DNA of 54,829 nucleotides from an uncultured Candidatus Saccharibacteria bacterium (GTDB lineage Bacteria; Patescibacteriota; WWE3; UBA101185; UBA10185): NCBI GenBank assembly GCA_964615625.1, contig CAZTQT010000005.1, positions 1 to 54,829 of the forward strand, read 5' to 3'. Shown piece by piece: positions 45,592 to 54,829 of this stretch (position 1 is its first letter; each line of letters starts with the position of its first letter). The notes under the pieces were generated by a model. It saw only the letters and a program-made list of their open reading frames with translations, ran no database searches and was not told where the DNA came from. The position numbers and the translations under genes were made by a program.

Positions 45592-46293
45592 ATGTCTTTT
45601 GACTTTAAAAAGGTTCAAGAAATATTAAAAACAGAATTGCAAGATGAGTATTTATTCAGGACTGCCTTTACTCATAGATCGTATCTAAATGAGCATACAG
45701 AAAAGGCTCATAAATCGAATGAGAGGTTAGAATTCCTTGGGGATGCTGTTCTCCAGCTTTTGTCATCAGAATATCTTTTTGAACATTATAAAAACTCCCC
45801 AGAAGGTGATATGACAAATTATAGATCTGCAGTGGTATGTACTACATCAATTGGAGATGAGGCAAGAAGGCTGGGGTATGGAGAAATGCTATTACTATCT
45901 AATGGGGAAGAAAGCACTGGCGGGAGAGAAAGAGAGTACATATTGGCAAACACTTTTGAAGCCGTCCTTGGAGCCTTATATTTAGAAAAGGGGTTGGATT
46001 TTTGCAAAAAATTTGTTGAAAGAGAACTTTTATACAAAGTAGAGGAAGTTATAAAAAAAGAAAAATATAAAGATGCAAAATCAATGTTCCAAGAAAAATC
46101 TCAGGAGAGATTTGGTGTAACACCAACATACAAAATAGAAGATTCTTGGGGACCAGATCATGAAAAAAACTTTAAAGTTGGTGTATTTTTAAATGACAAA
46201 ATTTGGGGAGAAGGCCAAGGCAAAAGCAAACAAAAAGCAGAGCAAAATGCTGCAGAAAGAGCTTTAGAAAAATTGGAAAAAATGGACAATTGA
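45592..46293 (+). CDS. rnc: Ribonuclease III
   Basis: NERLEFLGDAVL, ANTFEAVLGA, C-terminal dsRBD. ATG 45592 preferred. Confidence 0.97.
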   Translation: MSFDFKKVQEILKTELQDEYLFRTAFTHRSYLNEHTEKAHKSNERLEFLGDAVLQLLSSEYLFEHYKNSPEGDMTNYRSAVVCTTSIGDEARRLGYGEMLLLSNGEESTGGREREYILANTFEAVLGALYLEKGLDFCKKFVERELLYKVEEVIKKEKYKDAKSMFQEKSQERFGVTPTYKIEDSWGPDHEKNFKVGVFLNDKIWGEGQGKSKQKAEQNAAERALEKLEKMDN

Positions 46294-46320
46294 AAATGCT
46301 TTTGCTACAATCAATCAGTT

Positions 46321-46839
46321 ATGTCACTAACAATAAGATTATCTAGAATAGGAAGAAAAAACCAACCAGCTTACAAACTCGTTGTTGCAAATACAAGAAG
46401 TAAAAGAAACGGGCAGGCTGTGGATATTATTGGACATTATAATCCTTATGAACCTACCGATAAATTTTCATACGACAAAGAAAAGTTTGAAAAATGGGTA
46501 AAACAAGGTGCTTTTGTTACAACAGCAGTAAGCAAACTAATAGAAAATAAATACGAATACGTAAAGTATGACCCCAAAAAAATAAAAGAAGAAAAGGAAG
46601 CAGCAGCTAAAGAAAAAGAGGCTGAAAATAATGTTGAAAATGAAAAAGAAGTTTCTGAAGATGTAGCTGAGAAAAATGAACACGTTGAGGACACTAACTC
46701 AGAGGTAGAAGAAACCAAAGAAGAAAAAGAGGAAATTGTTGAAAATAAATCTGAAGAAGAACCGGTAGAAAAAGGTCAAGAAACAGAAAGCGCAGAAGAG
46801 GTTAAAGAAGAAAAGGAAGAAGTAACCGAGGAGAAATAA
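46321..46839 (+). CDS. rpsP: 30S ribosomal protein S16 with long Glu/Lys-rich tail
   Basis: IRLSRIGRKNQPAYKLVVA...IGHYNP, then ~90 low-complexity residues. Confidence 0.95.
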   Translation: MSLTIRLSRIGRKNQPAYKLVVANTRSKRNGQAVDIIGHYNPYEPTDKFSYDKEKFEKWVKQGAFVTTAVSKLIENKYEYVKYDPKKIKEEKEAAAKEKEAENNVENEKEVSEDVAEKNEHVEDTNSEVEETKEEKEEIVENKSEEEPVEKGQETESAEEVKEEKEEVTEEK

Positions 46840-47102
46840 TGAAAGAATTCTTAGAATTTTTAGTAAAAGGAATAGTATCAAAGCCCGAAGAAGTTGAGAT
46901 ATCTGAGGCACAAAGTGAAGGTATTTATATATATAATATTCACGTTTCTGATGAAGACATGGGTGTAGTAATTGGAAAAGACGGAAAGACAATAAGATCA
47001 CTAAGAAATATGGCAAAGGCAAAGGCTATAAAAGACAACATAAGAATACAAATAATCCTAGAAGAAGCTTTACAAGATTCAACCGAGCTTTCTCAAGAAT
47101 AA
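46839..47102 (+). CDS. khpA: KH-domain RNA-binding protein
   Basis: DMGVVIGKDGKTIRSLR (GxxG loop); located between rpsP and trmD. Confidence 0.88.
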   Translation: MKEFLEFLVKGIVSKPEEVEISEAQSEGIYIYNIHVSDEDMGVVIGKDGKTIRSLRNMAKAKAIKDNIRIQIILEEALQDSTELSQE

Positions 47103-47106
47103 ATAA

Positions 47107-47811
47107 ATGATAAATTTTAATGTTATTACTCTTTTTCCGCAGTTGTTCCTAAACCATATAGAAAATCTCCCTTTTAAAAAAGCTATTGAGAAAAATCTTG
47201 CTACGTACGATTTTTTGGATTTAAAAAACTTTTCAACTAACAACTATGGTTCCGTTGACGATAAGACCTACGGGGGTGGTGTAGGGATGGTTTTAATGAT
47301 AGAACCTATATTTAAGGCTCTTTTGGAAATATATGGTAAAAACACTATGGAAAAAAGAATAAATGGGGAAAAAGACGTTATTTTAGAAAAAAATAGTAGA
47401 ATAGTTTTGCTATCACCAAGAGGAGAGACATATTCTCAAAAAAAAGCTGAAGAATTACTAAAATGTGAGCAAATCACACTTATCTGTGGACGCTACGAGG
47501 GAGTAGATGCAAGAGTTGAAACAAATATTGCTACAGATGTTATATCTATAGGAGATTATGTTTTAAGTGGTGGGGAGATACCAGCGTTAGCAATAATGGA
47601 AAGTATAACCCGTCTTATACCTGGAGTTTTAGAAAAAGAAGAAGCATCTAAAATAGAAAGCTTCTCCAATTTAGAAGAGAAAAAATATATAGAATATCCA
47701 CAATATACAAGACCAGAGGATTTTATGGGAATAAAAGTACCAGAAGTATTACTGTCAGGAAACCACGCAGAAATAGACAAGTGGAGAAAAGAACAATCAC
47801 ATAAATCTTAA
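47107..47811 (+). CDS. trmD: tRNA (guanine-N1)-methyltransferase
   Basis: VDDKTYGGGVGM, CGRYEGVD, SIGDYVLSGGE, EYPQYTRP. Confidence 0.97.
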   Translation: MINFNVITLFPQLFLNHIENLPFKKAIEKNLATYDFLDLKNFSTNNYGSVDDKTYGGGVGMVLMIEPIFKALLEIYGKNTMEKRINGEKDVILEKNSRIVLLSPRGETYSQKKAEELLKCEQITLICGRYEGVDARVETNIATDVISIGDYVLSGGEIPALAIMESITRLIPGVLEKEEASKIESFSNLEEKKYIEYPQYTRPEDFMGIKVPEVLLSGNHAEIDKWRKEQSHKS

Positions 47812-47820
47812 AAATAATAA

Positions 47821-48741
47821 TTATTGCTGAGCGGGGGCTGTTGGTGATCCAGTAGGAGGCATGGTTCCAGAAGGAAATATACTATCACCACTAGGCTGTG
47901 TGCCTTCTGTAGGCAGTGGTTGTGTATTTTCTGCATTAGTTGTCGGAGCTGGTTCTTCTGCATCCTTGGGGGTTTCTTTATCTTTCTCTGAATCTTCTGG
48001 TTTCTCCTCCTCAGCTTTAATATCTTTATTAACGAAATCGTAATAATCTAAACCCTTCAACATACTCATAAATTCTGTGAATTCATTGCTAGACATATCT
48101 ATACCAATTGGCTCATCTGTAACCGCGGAGGACTCTACAAAAAGATAAGGTGAATCAAGAGAAAAAGAACTGGATAAAGATCCGTAATCTTTTTCTCCAG
48201 TATTAGAAGATACAGAATATCTAAAGTTTGGAACACTCACATATCTAGCCGCTTTTTCTACTAACTCCATAAATAATACCAACTGCTCAAAACTGGATTT
48301 AACACTCATAGAAACAGTGACTGTCTCAAAACTTGATTTATCGGACCCTTTTGAGCCGTAAGAATAACTAAGTCTCTCAATATCCATACCCGCTCTTGAA
48401 GCTATCTGACTTGCTTGATCCAAAAGTCTAGGAACTTCTGGTTCTGGAACTAACACTTTAGTTACTACATCCAAATTCTCATCAAAAACATCTTTGAAAT
48501 TAACTAGTTTTGTTAAAGCCTCCACTTTTTTAGACAATGTGTTCCTAAGAGCTATCTTTTTATCTAGTTCAGCCTTTTTAACAGGTAATTCTTTATAAAC
48601 AGGATAAACATATAAAGATAAAATTAAAATCGCAAATAGTATTGATAGTAAGGGTACTATAAAATTTAGAACAGTATCCTTAACTTTCATTAAAGCTCTC
48701 TCAATATTACCACCTTTATCTTTTGTTTCTTCTGGAATCAT
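47821..48741 (-). CDS. pilO: Type IV pilus alignment protein, PilO-like, with Pro/Thr-rich tail
   Basis: TM helix, coiled coil, VPEPEVPRLL motif; follows pilM-pilN. Confidence 0.75.
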   Translation of the reverse strand: MIPEETKDKGGNIERALMKVKDTVLNFIVPLLSILFAILILSLYVYPVYKELPVKKAELDKKIALRNTLSKKVEALTKLVNFKDVFDENLDVVTKVLVPEPEVPRLLDQASQIASRAGMDIERLSYSYGSKGSDKSSFETVTVSMSVKSSFEQLVLFMELVEKAARYVSVPNFRYSVSSNTGEKDYGSLSSSFSLDSPYLFVESSAVTDEPIGIDMSSNEFTEFMSMLKGLDYYDFVNKDIKAEEEKPEDSEKDKETPKDAEEPAPTTNAENTQPLPTEGTQPSGDSIFPSGTMPPTGSPTAPAQQ

Positions 48742-49319
48742 AGACCTTGCAACCTCCCATCTTGATATGAGACAACTATAAAGAACTTAACAGTGTTAGA
48801 AGATTTATCTAAATTAACTGAATTGAGAGCTACTTCAACAAACAGGTCTTTAAGTCTTGAATCCCCACCTTCAAATTCTTTATTCAACAAATTATCCATA
48901 AAATTCTTCACTGAAACATAGCTACCAGATGTTCCTGATATACTTATTTCACCAACCTTAGTATCTAAGTTTTGTATTAAAACATCATCAGGTTTCCTAG
49001 ACTGAACTTCCTTTAAAAGTAGGGAATACCTAGATCTGGAATCAAAAAGCAATTTCAAAGAGTTGTATTTCTTATCCAAATTTCTTGCTGCTACCTCAAC
49101 ATCTGACATGGATTTTATTTTGCTTCTAAAATTTTCTATCTCCCCATCTGTCCTTTTTATATCAGCATTTATTTTTGATGTTGTTACGTAAAAATAAACA
49201 CCAATACCTAAGGCCAAAATAAGAAAAAGTATAGAGATAACAGAACTAGATTTGACAGCAGCAGTCTTTTTCTGTTCAACAACCTCTTCCTGAGGTATTA
49301 AATTAACATCACTAAGCAT
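48738..49319 (-). CDS. pilN: Type IV pilus alignment protein, PilN-like
   Basis: DVNLIP N-terminal motif, TM helix, coiled coil, ferredoxin-like C-terminus. Confidence 0.85.
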   Translation of the reverse strand: MLSDVNLIPQEEVVEQKKTAAVKSSSVISILFLILALGIGVYFYVTTSKINADIKRTDGEIENFRSKIKSMSDVEVAARNLDKKYNSLKLLFDSRSRYSLLLKEVQSRKPDDVLIQNLDTKVGEISISGTSGSYVSVKNFMDNLLNKEFEGGDSRLKDLFVEVALNSVNLDKSSNTVKFFIVVSYQDGRLQGL

Positions 49320-50352
49320 TTTTGACCCCCCTTAGCGCCAAACCTATTGCAGAGGAATAATTAGGCGCATCATCTATAAGAGACTGTCTTCTTTTTTCCA
49401 ATTTTGGAGATATTTCTATACCATTGAGAGGATTTGAGAGCATAACTTCCAAATCCAGTTTATTGGCAGTATAAGATAGTAAATTGGGCATTAGGGCAGT
49501 TCCTCCACTCATAACTACTCTTTTAATGTTAGCAGAAGGATTATGGTTTGTGAAGAATAATATGGCACGTCTTACTTCTGCTATCAAACTATCCATTACA
49601 GGGCTGATTGCTTGTGCAACTTTACCTTCCCCCTGAAATTCATCCAAACCATAAACTTTCTTATATTCTTCGGCTTGGGCGTGGTCTAAACTTAGATTTT
49701 GCATTATAGTTTTTGTCATCATATCCCCACCTATTGGAATAGATCTTGTAAATCTTACGTGACCACCGTAACAAACAACTATTAAACTATTGCTATATCC
49801 CATTTCTAAAACCATCGTCCCAGATGGGTATTCCTTTGTATCACCAAGAGCTCTTCCTAAAGCAACTGTCTCTGGCTCTATAGCCTTTGGCACCAGTTTA
49901 GCCTTTTTAGTTATTTCTATATATTTATCAACAACACTTTTTCTGGCAGCCACTATTTGGATAGACATTTTCCCAGCCTCTGATATATTTTCATCTAATT
50001 TTTGATAGGAAATATTCACCTGATTAGGGGGGAAGGGGATATGCTGTTCTGCCTCATATTTTATTGAACTTTTTAACTCTTTGTCACTCATTATAGGCAT
50101 TTTGACCACAGTCATAAAGACAAATGTCTCATCAATACTTAACACAACATCAGAAGTGCTAAAACCTGTATCTGAAAAAAAGTTTGATAGAGATGAGGCC
50201 ATGCTTTCTATATCATCTAAAGGATCGGAGGAAGATGGTGCTTTCTGAGTGGTGTACATACCAAAGTTATTTAATATCAACTTTCCCTTCTTTTCCTCTA
50301 ACTCTACGGCTTTGAAACTTCTTTTACCTATGTTTAATCCTATAATGGGCAT
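49312..50352 (-). CDS. pilM: Type IV pilus actin-like protein PilM
   Basis: IGLNIG..SFKAVEL, SIPIGG, SGGTA, AIGLALR. Confidence 0.92.
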   Translation of the reverse strand: MPIIGLNIGKRSFKAVELEEKKGKLILNNFGMYTTQKAPSSSDPLDDIESMASSLSNFFSDTGFSTSDVVLSIDETFVFMTVVKMPIMSDKELKSSIKYEAEQHIPFPPNQVNISYQKLDENISEAGKMSIQIVAARKSVVDKYIEITKKAKLVPKAIEPETVALGRALGDTKEYPSGTMVLEMGYSNSLIVVCYGGHVRFTRSIPIGGDMMTKTIMQNLSLDHAQAEEYKKVYGLDEFQGEGKVAQAISPVMDSLIAEVRRAILFFTNHNPSANIKRVVMSGGTALMPNLLSYTANKLDLEVMLSNPLNGIEISPKLEKRRQSLIDDAPNYSSAIGLALRGVKNA

Positions 50353-50366
50353 ATAAATATGCTACC

Positions 50367-51203
50367 TTAATCAGGTCTGTTAGACAATGGGTCATCTAAA
50401 GACTTTTGATACACAGCGTAATCAAAATACTCTGGAACATACCCAGTTGTCTTTAGAACCTTAACTGTCTTTACAGCATCGCCAGCTCTTCCAACTGAAG
50501 TTATTTCTATACCTTGGCTAGGTATATTTTGACCGGACGACGGTATGAAATAAATAACTGATTCTTGGCTATAAGGAACAATCCTTAAAGCTCTTGGAAC
50601 TCCAATTGCATTTACAGAAAAACAACTTAAATGGCTATGATCAGAAATAGCTTCTAAAAAACCGTTTATAGGACCGCTGTATCCTACAGGATTATAAGTG
50701 TATGATTCAGAAAGAATGACACTCGTCTGCTCATAAATATAAGAAGCATATATAGAAGATTGATTGTCCCAACAAACATCAATCTCAGTGTCTGACCCAT
50801 AACCATTTAAAGATAACTGATAAACCTCACCACTTGGTATTTTTATTTTATAAGGTTCGTTTGAAGATCCAGCAAAACTTAATGTAACATCGGCCCTGGC
50901 TTTGTATCCGGAGAGACCTGATATTTCAAGGATACAGTCTGATCCACAATTATTATGATTTACATAACCAACAAGGGTTTCATCGGGGATTATTAGTATA
51001 TTTTCTATAGCCGCTTCTGCCACGGCAAGAGCTCTAGAAGAATTATCTGATTCAGATATATTGCGGAGAGTACTGATAAATCTACTGGATACTATTACAC
51101 CAATTGTTAGGGCTAAAGTCATAACAACTATAATTATTATTAAGGTCTGGCCTGACTGATTACATTGTAAAGTAGAAAAAAGTTTCTTTATATTTTTTTT
51201 CAT
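50367..51203 (-). CDS. PilX/GspK-like minor pilin
   Basis: SG|QTLIIIIVV leader without E5; RALAVAEAAIE. Confidence 0.75.
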   Translation of the reverse strand: MKKNIKKLFSTLQCNQSGQTLIIIIVVMTLALTIGVIVSSRFISTLRNISESDNSSRALAVAEAAIENILIIPDETLVGYVNHNNCGSDCILEISGLSGYKARADVTLSFAGSSNEPYKIKIPSGEVYQLSLNGYGSDTEIDVCWDNQSSIYASYIYEQTSVILSESYTYNPVGYSGPINGFLEAISDHSHLSCFSVNAIGVPRALRIVPYSQESVIYFIPSSGQNIPSQGIEITSVGRAGDAVKTVKVLKTTGYVPEYFDYAVYQKSLDDPLSNRPD

Positions 51204-51210
51204 TTTAAAA

Positions 51211-51774
51211 CTAATAGGTACTTCTAATTACAATAGATGACTCTATTTTTATATTTCCTTTATAACTAGCACCAGCATTTTTTTGGGATTGATTAAAGAT
51301 CATATTAATTTTTACAGTCTGAGGGCTTGTTCCAATGACTTCAAAACATCTTGCACTTATACAAGATATTAAAACACCTCCAATTGACTCAACACTGGTT
51401 AAATCTAAAAATTCACCGCCGTCTAAAGACCTTTGTAATTTATAGGCAACGGGGGATGTACCAGGAACAGGATCTAACTTGTAGGTTATATTTTTTCCAT
51501 CTCTTCTTTTAAACTTCAAGCATAGATGTTCGGGACAGGTAGAATCATATGATGTATTCACAACATCAGCATCCCTAAGTTCTTTTTCTATTTTTAATGC
51601 AACAAAATTAGCTTGTTGTTCTAACTCATTTATAACTTGGGTTTTTGTATTAGACCTTATAAGTGACATTAACATATCACTTGTCATACCAACAACAATA
51701 GCTAATATAACAACCACGATAAGCATCTCTATCAGTGTAAACCCACTCTGATTGTTTTTAATTATCTTTTTCAT
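51211..51774 (-). CDS. Minor pilin (PilW-like)
   Basis: G|FTLIEML type III signal. Confidence 0.88.
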   Translation of the reverse strand: MKKIIKNNQSGFTLIEMLIVVVILAIVVGMTSDMLMSLIRSNTKTQVINELEQQANFVALKIEKELRDADVVNTSYDSTCPEHLCLKFKRRDGKNITYKLDPVPGTSPVAYKLQRSLDGGEFLDLTSVESIGGVLISCISARCFEVIGTSPQTVKINMIFNQSQKNAGASYKGNIKIESSIVIRSTY

Positions 51775-52280
51775 TTACTCCTCCAATTAGAAAGATCGGT
51801 ATATATGTAAGATCCTTTATCTTTATCACCAATTTTCCATTTTACTGATACATTAACCCTTACAACTTGTGGAGTGGGGTCTAGTACAGCACCATCTTCT
51901 CTGGACGGGTCTGTAATATAAAATCCCACAACTATTCTTTCTACACCAGACCCTATTGTTTGAGGCCCTGAAACAAGATTTCCTGTTGCCTTATCCATAT
52001 GACAAAAACTTGCTATTGTACAATTTTTCATCTCTTCAACATAATCTTCCCACGGTAAATCGGGTTTATCCCTATAAGCTCTAACCATTTCTACCTCTCT
52101 ATTTGCTAATTTTGTACCCTCTAAAAGAAGTTTGCTATCCAAGGAAGTTCTAAGAGTTGATATTGCTAACGATATTAAAGCTGTTATAACTAGGGCTGAT
52201 ACGCCTAAAGCAGCTATAACTTCTACCAAGGCTATCCCTTTTTGGTATTTCATTTTTTTATCTCTTTTTAATGTATTCAT
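51771..52280 (-). CDS. Minor pilin (PilV-like)
   Basis: G|IALVEVIAA signal. Confidence 0.82.
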   Translation of the reverse strand: MNTLKRDKKMKYQKGIALVEVIAALGVSALVITALISLAISTLRTSLDSKLLLEGTKLANREVEMVRAYRDKPDLPWEDYVEEMKNCTIASFCHMDKATGNLVSGPQTIGSGVERIVVGFYITDPSREDGAVLDPTPQVVRVNVSVKWKIGDKDKGSYIYTDLSNWRSK

Positions 52281-52296
52281 AAAAACCTCTAATATT

Positions 52297-52848
52297 TTAA
52301 TGGATTAACCCGGCCTCATTGAAATTTACTCTTTGACAAGTTTTATTACCTGCATTCTCAGCCACACAATTTCCATTGCTTTTGTACTTTAAATCTATGT
52401 AATTACCTTCACCACCATGTCTACTTAAATCCCCATTTTTAATAGAAAAAAACAAACACATGTTGGGACCAAAATACTTTATATTATTTTTAAATGTGTA
52501 AGTACCTTGATATTTTACTGCATTTGGAGGGCACTCTGACGCTGAGTGCGATATAAAAGACCTGTATTCATTAGTACCTGTATCACTAGGGGTAGCGAAA
52601 TAAACACCCCAGTATAAGACTGGGTTTGATCCTATCTTTTCATCAGAAAAAGCTCCTGTTAGAGCCCTATTCTGAATTGTTCTTAAGTCACTTTTTAACT
52701 GCTCCTGAGCCTGTTTTAAATTTTGATCCTTTATATAACCTGAAAATGACGGGATTATACCTGCAGTAATAATTACCACTATGGACATAACTACCAAAAG
52801 TTCTATAAGTGTAAAACCGGCAGAGCGTTTAGGCAGATTAGAATTCAT
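52297..52848 (-). CDS. Minor pilin (FimT/GspH-like)
   Basis: G|FTLIELL; AQEQLKSDLR.IQNRA. Confidence 0.85.
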   Translation of the reverse strand: MNSNLPKRSAGFTLIELLVVMSIVVIITAGIIPSFSGYIKDQNLKQAQEQLKSDLRTIQNRALTGAFSDEKIGSNPVLYWGVYFATPSDTGTNEYRSFISHSASECPPNAVKYQGTYTFKNNIKYFGPNMCLFFSIKNGDLSRHGGEGNYIDLKYKSNGNCVAENAGNKTCQRVNFNEAGLIH

Positions 52849-52873
52849 ATATAATTAAATATTAACACACAAA

Positions 52874-53398
52874 TCAAGGGGAAATTAGGTTTAAATTATT
52901 TCCTACCTCATAAGCACTACTATCATTACCACCATCTTCGGCCATTTTTTGTATGTAATATTCCATCTTGGCATTTAATTCAAAACCTGTCTCACTATGA
53001 ATATAAGAATAATAAAAATTTGAATCATTTATTGGATCTATGGGTAATTTTTCGTTATATCTATATAAATTATCGTTTATCCACCCACCATGGGAATCTT
53101 GAAGACCTAGTGCTCCTGGGGGTAGGGCAGTACTCATTCTTAAAACATTAACTTGATCGGGATATCTTTTATTATCTAAGACAAACTCACTTATAGATCT
53201 TTCAAGAATTGACATGTCTGACAACCTGATATTATCCCTAGCTTTTTTTGATTGTTCCGCAGGTCTTACAAAAATAGATACTGTTGTTAATAAAACAAGA
53301 AGTATTGCTATTACAACAACAAGCTCCACGAAAGTAAAACCTTTTTGGGAAAAAGCAAATCCTTTTTGAGATATTTTTTTATATGGCAGGAAAGACAT
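52874..53398 (-). CDS. Pilin-like protein with duplicated cleavage motif
   Basis: ATG 53398; SQKGFAFSQKG|FTFVE; KARDNIRLSDM and LPIDP motifs. Confidence 0.85.
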   Translation of the reverse strand: MSFLPYKKISQKGFAFSQKGFTFVELVVVIAILLVLLTTVSIFVRPAEQSKKARDNIRLSDMSILERSISEFVLDNKRYPDQVNVLRMSTALPPGALGLQDSHGGWINDNLYRYNEKLPIDPINDSNFYYSYIHSETGFELNAKMEYYIQKMAEDGGNDSSAYEVGNNLNLISP

Positions 53399-53400
53399 CT

Positions 53401-53940
53401 TTACATGGGATTTTGTACACAATAACAGTAGTCTCCAACATCACCACAAGTTATACCAGAACCTGACTCACAGTTTCTAAGATTTCTACATAAACTTTCT
53501 GATGCTCTTTCTGTAGTCTCCATTATAGCCATAAGGACATACCTGCTCCCAGCGAGATCCGATTTATAACGATAAGCATACTGGGTCTTTCCAAAGGCAT
53601 CACCTCCACAGGACATTTCGGCAGGTGAAGGTACTTCAACCCCATCTTTAGGGTCGTCTGGAAAATCATTGGATAAAGGACCGTTCAATACTGTACTAAC
53701 ACGGTTAAACTTGTCGTTAATAGGGTAACTCCTGTGATCAGCAAAATATAACTCTAGAGCAGACTGGACCATTCTTAAATCAGATATTCTCTTAGCATCT
53801 CTAGCTCTTTTTTGCTGTAAAGGTATGTTTATTACCGTAATAACCACACCTGCTAAAATACCTATAATGACTACAACCATTATCATTTCCACAAGTGTAA
53901 ACCCTTTTTGCTTGTTATTTTTTATTTTTTCATTAAACAT
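53401..53940 (-). CDS. Pilin / GspG-like protein with Cys-rich C-terminus
   Basis: KG|FTLVE; RARDAKRISDL; FPDDP. ATG 53940 preferred. Confidence 0.88.
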   Translation of the reverse strand: MFNEKIKNNKQKGFTLVEMIMVVVIIGILAGVVITVINIPLQQKRARDAKRISDLRMVQSALELYFADHRSYPINDKFNRVSTVLNGPLSNDFPDDPKDGVEVPSPAEMSCGGDAFGKTQYAYRYKSDLAGSRYVLMAIMETTERASESLCRNLRNCESGSGITCGDVGDYCYCVQNPM

Positions 53941-53995
53941 TATTTTAAAATTTCCTAGAATTATTTTTATTAAATCAAACAATAACTCTTAAGTT

Positions 53996-54024
53996 TCTAC
54001 CCTCCGCTTTTAGCGAAGGGTAGA
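53996..54024 (-). terminator. Intergenic stem-loop after the first pilin gene
   Basis: TCTACCCT / AGGGTAGA outer stem with inner CGCT / AGCG; no clear U-tract. Confidence 0.5.
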
Positions 54025-54032
54025 GAATAAAC

Positions 54033-54662
54033 TTACTCAGAAACTGCATTACAGTTAGTATTAGATATTGGACTTGAATCGTTCACAGGCAAATCTCCTG
54101 CTCTATCATATGTTATTCCAGAACCACACTCTAACAAACCCTTAGAAGAATCAAAAACGTATATACTATAGTTTGTAGAAGAAGGGTTTAAATTAAACGC
54201 TGCAGCAGCAATTCTAAACCTACCTGAAGTCAAGTCAGCAGTATTACCAACTGCGATAATCCTCATGTGACAAGGATTGGTTCCTCCTGCCGAAGGAGCA
54301 GTATGATCATTACCGCAGTTTTTTGGCAATTTGGTACCACTTACAGTAAAAGTGCAGTTTAGGCTAGCGTTACTTCTACAACCTCCGTCGGTAGATCTAT
54401 GTGTTATATTTTCTAATTCTGTAGTAAGTTCTGACCCAGAAGGTAAGCTGCCCGTACCAGCTCTTACTGTGTTAACTGCAAAAGCGGTCTTTAAAATAGA
54501 GGCTCTAATAGAAGAATTTCTTGCCCTATTCTGCGTCCTCACAGGATTGATAACCGCAATAAGAACAGCAGCCAAAATACCAATAATGACAATAACAATC
54601 AAAAGCTCAATAAGGGTAAAACCAGATTCTCGGTGAAACGATTTTTTTCTTGAATTTCTCAT
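54033..54662 (-). CDS. Type IV pilin, probable major subunit
   Basis: G|FTLIELL signal, strong GGGGG RBS, six Cys in the head domain, first gene of the cluster in this window. Confidence 0.85.
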   Translation of the reverse strand: MRNSRKKSFHRESGFTLIELLIVIVIIGILAAVLIAVINPVRTQNRARNSSIRASILKTAFAVNTVRAGTGSLPSGSELTTELENITHRSTDGGCRSNASLNCTFTVSGTKLPKNCGNDHTAPSAGGTNPCHMRIIAVGNTADLTSGRFRIAAAAFNLNPSSTNYSIYVFDSSKGLLECGSGITYDRAGDLPVNDSSPISNTNCNAVSE

Positions 54663-54829
54663 AACTTATTTCGTTTCACCCCCCTTCCAAATATTCTTAA
54701 TTTTTACTTTATTTATCATAGCAACAAGGCAGAGTTGCCTATAATCTAACACCTAAAGTATGGACTGATGTAGTTTTATTGTCAACAAAAAACCTTCTTT
54801 AGTTTCCTACACCACTTATATCAGACGGG

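Noticed and set aside
513-54636. Numerous 60-195 aa ORFs antisense to or nested in long genes (e.g. 513-836, 10288-10560, 18632-19066, 30542-31129, 54331-54636)
   Set aside because: They fully overlap well-supported genes and show the Ser/Phe/Ile-rich composition typical of reverse-strand shadows.
4524-54662. Alternative genetic code (TGA read-through)
   Set aside because: Conserved genes are full length under the standard code, and several (tyrS, trigger factor, nusB) end at TGA as expected.

Overview
AT-rich bacterial chromosome segment using the standard genetic code. Its gene content points to a CPR/Patescibacteria genome (inference): trigger factor without FKBP domain, short PheT, an rpmF-nusB-ACP-rnc-rpsP-khpA-trmD block, a pilMNO plus multi-pilin cluster and few Shine-Dalgarno sites. 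Positions 185-11365 are an ~11.2 kb island inserted at the 3' end of tRNA-Pro(TGG). It carries a large serine recombinase, small regulators, a 1,244-aa protein with a nuclease-like C-terminus, an HNH-type protein and an HpaII-like restriction-modification pair. The recombinase gene appears to be split by its own att site: when integrated it ends by reading antisense through the tRNA, and its probable native C-terminus lies at the other end of the island. All three tRNA genes (Pro, Leu, Val) are followed by small, highly structured non-coding elements that duplicate tRNA sequence, and the Leu and Val elements share a GA-stem-GAA-stem-GA / kink-turn-like motif. At Val this amounts to a second tRNA copy interrupted in both the D- and T-loop regions. 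The rest is mostly housekeeping (iscS-iscU-mnmA-tig-clpP, thrS-infC-rpmI-rplT, pheST, PBP1A, tyrS, recG, rsmD, type IV pilus genes). Also present are a decayed two-component system, a serpin, and several orphan genes, each with a strong RBS and terminator, three of the four groups sharing a near-identical leader. Product calls come from motif recognition only; no database searches were run.
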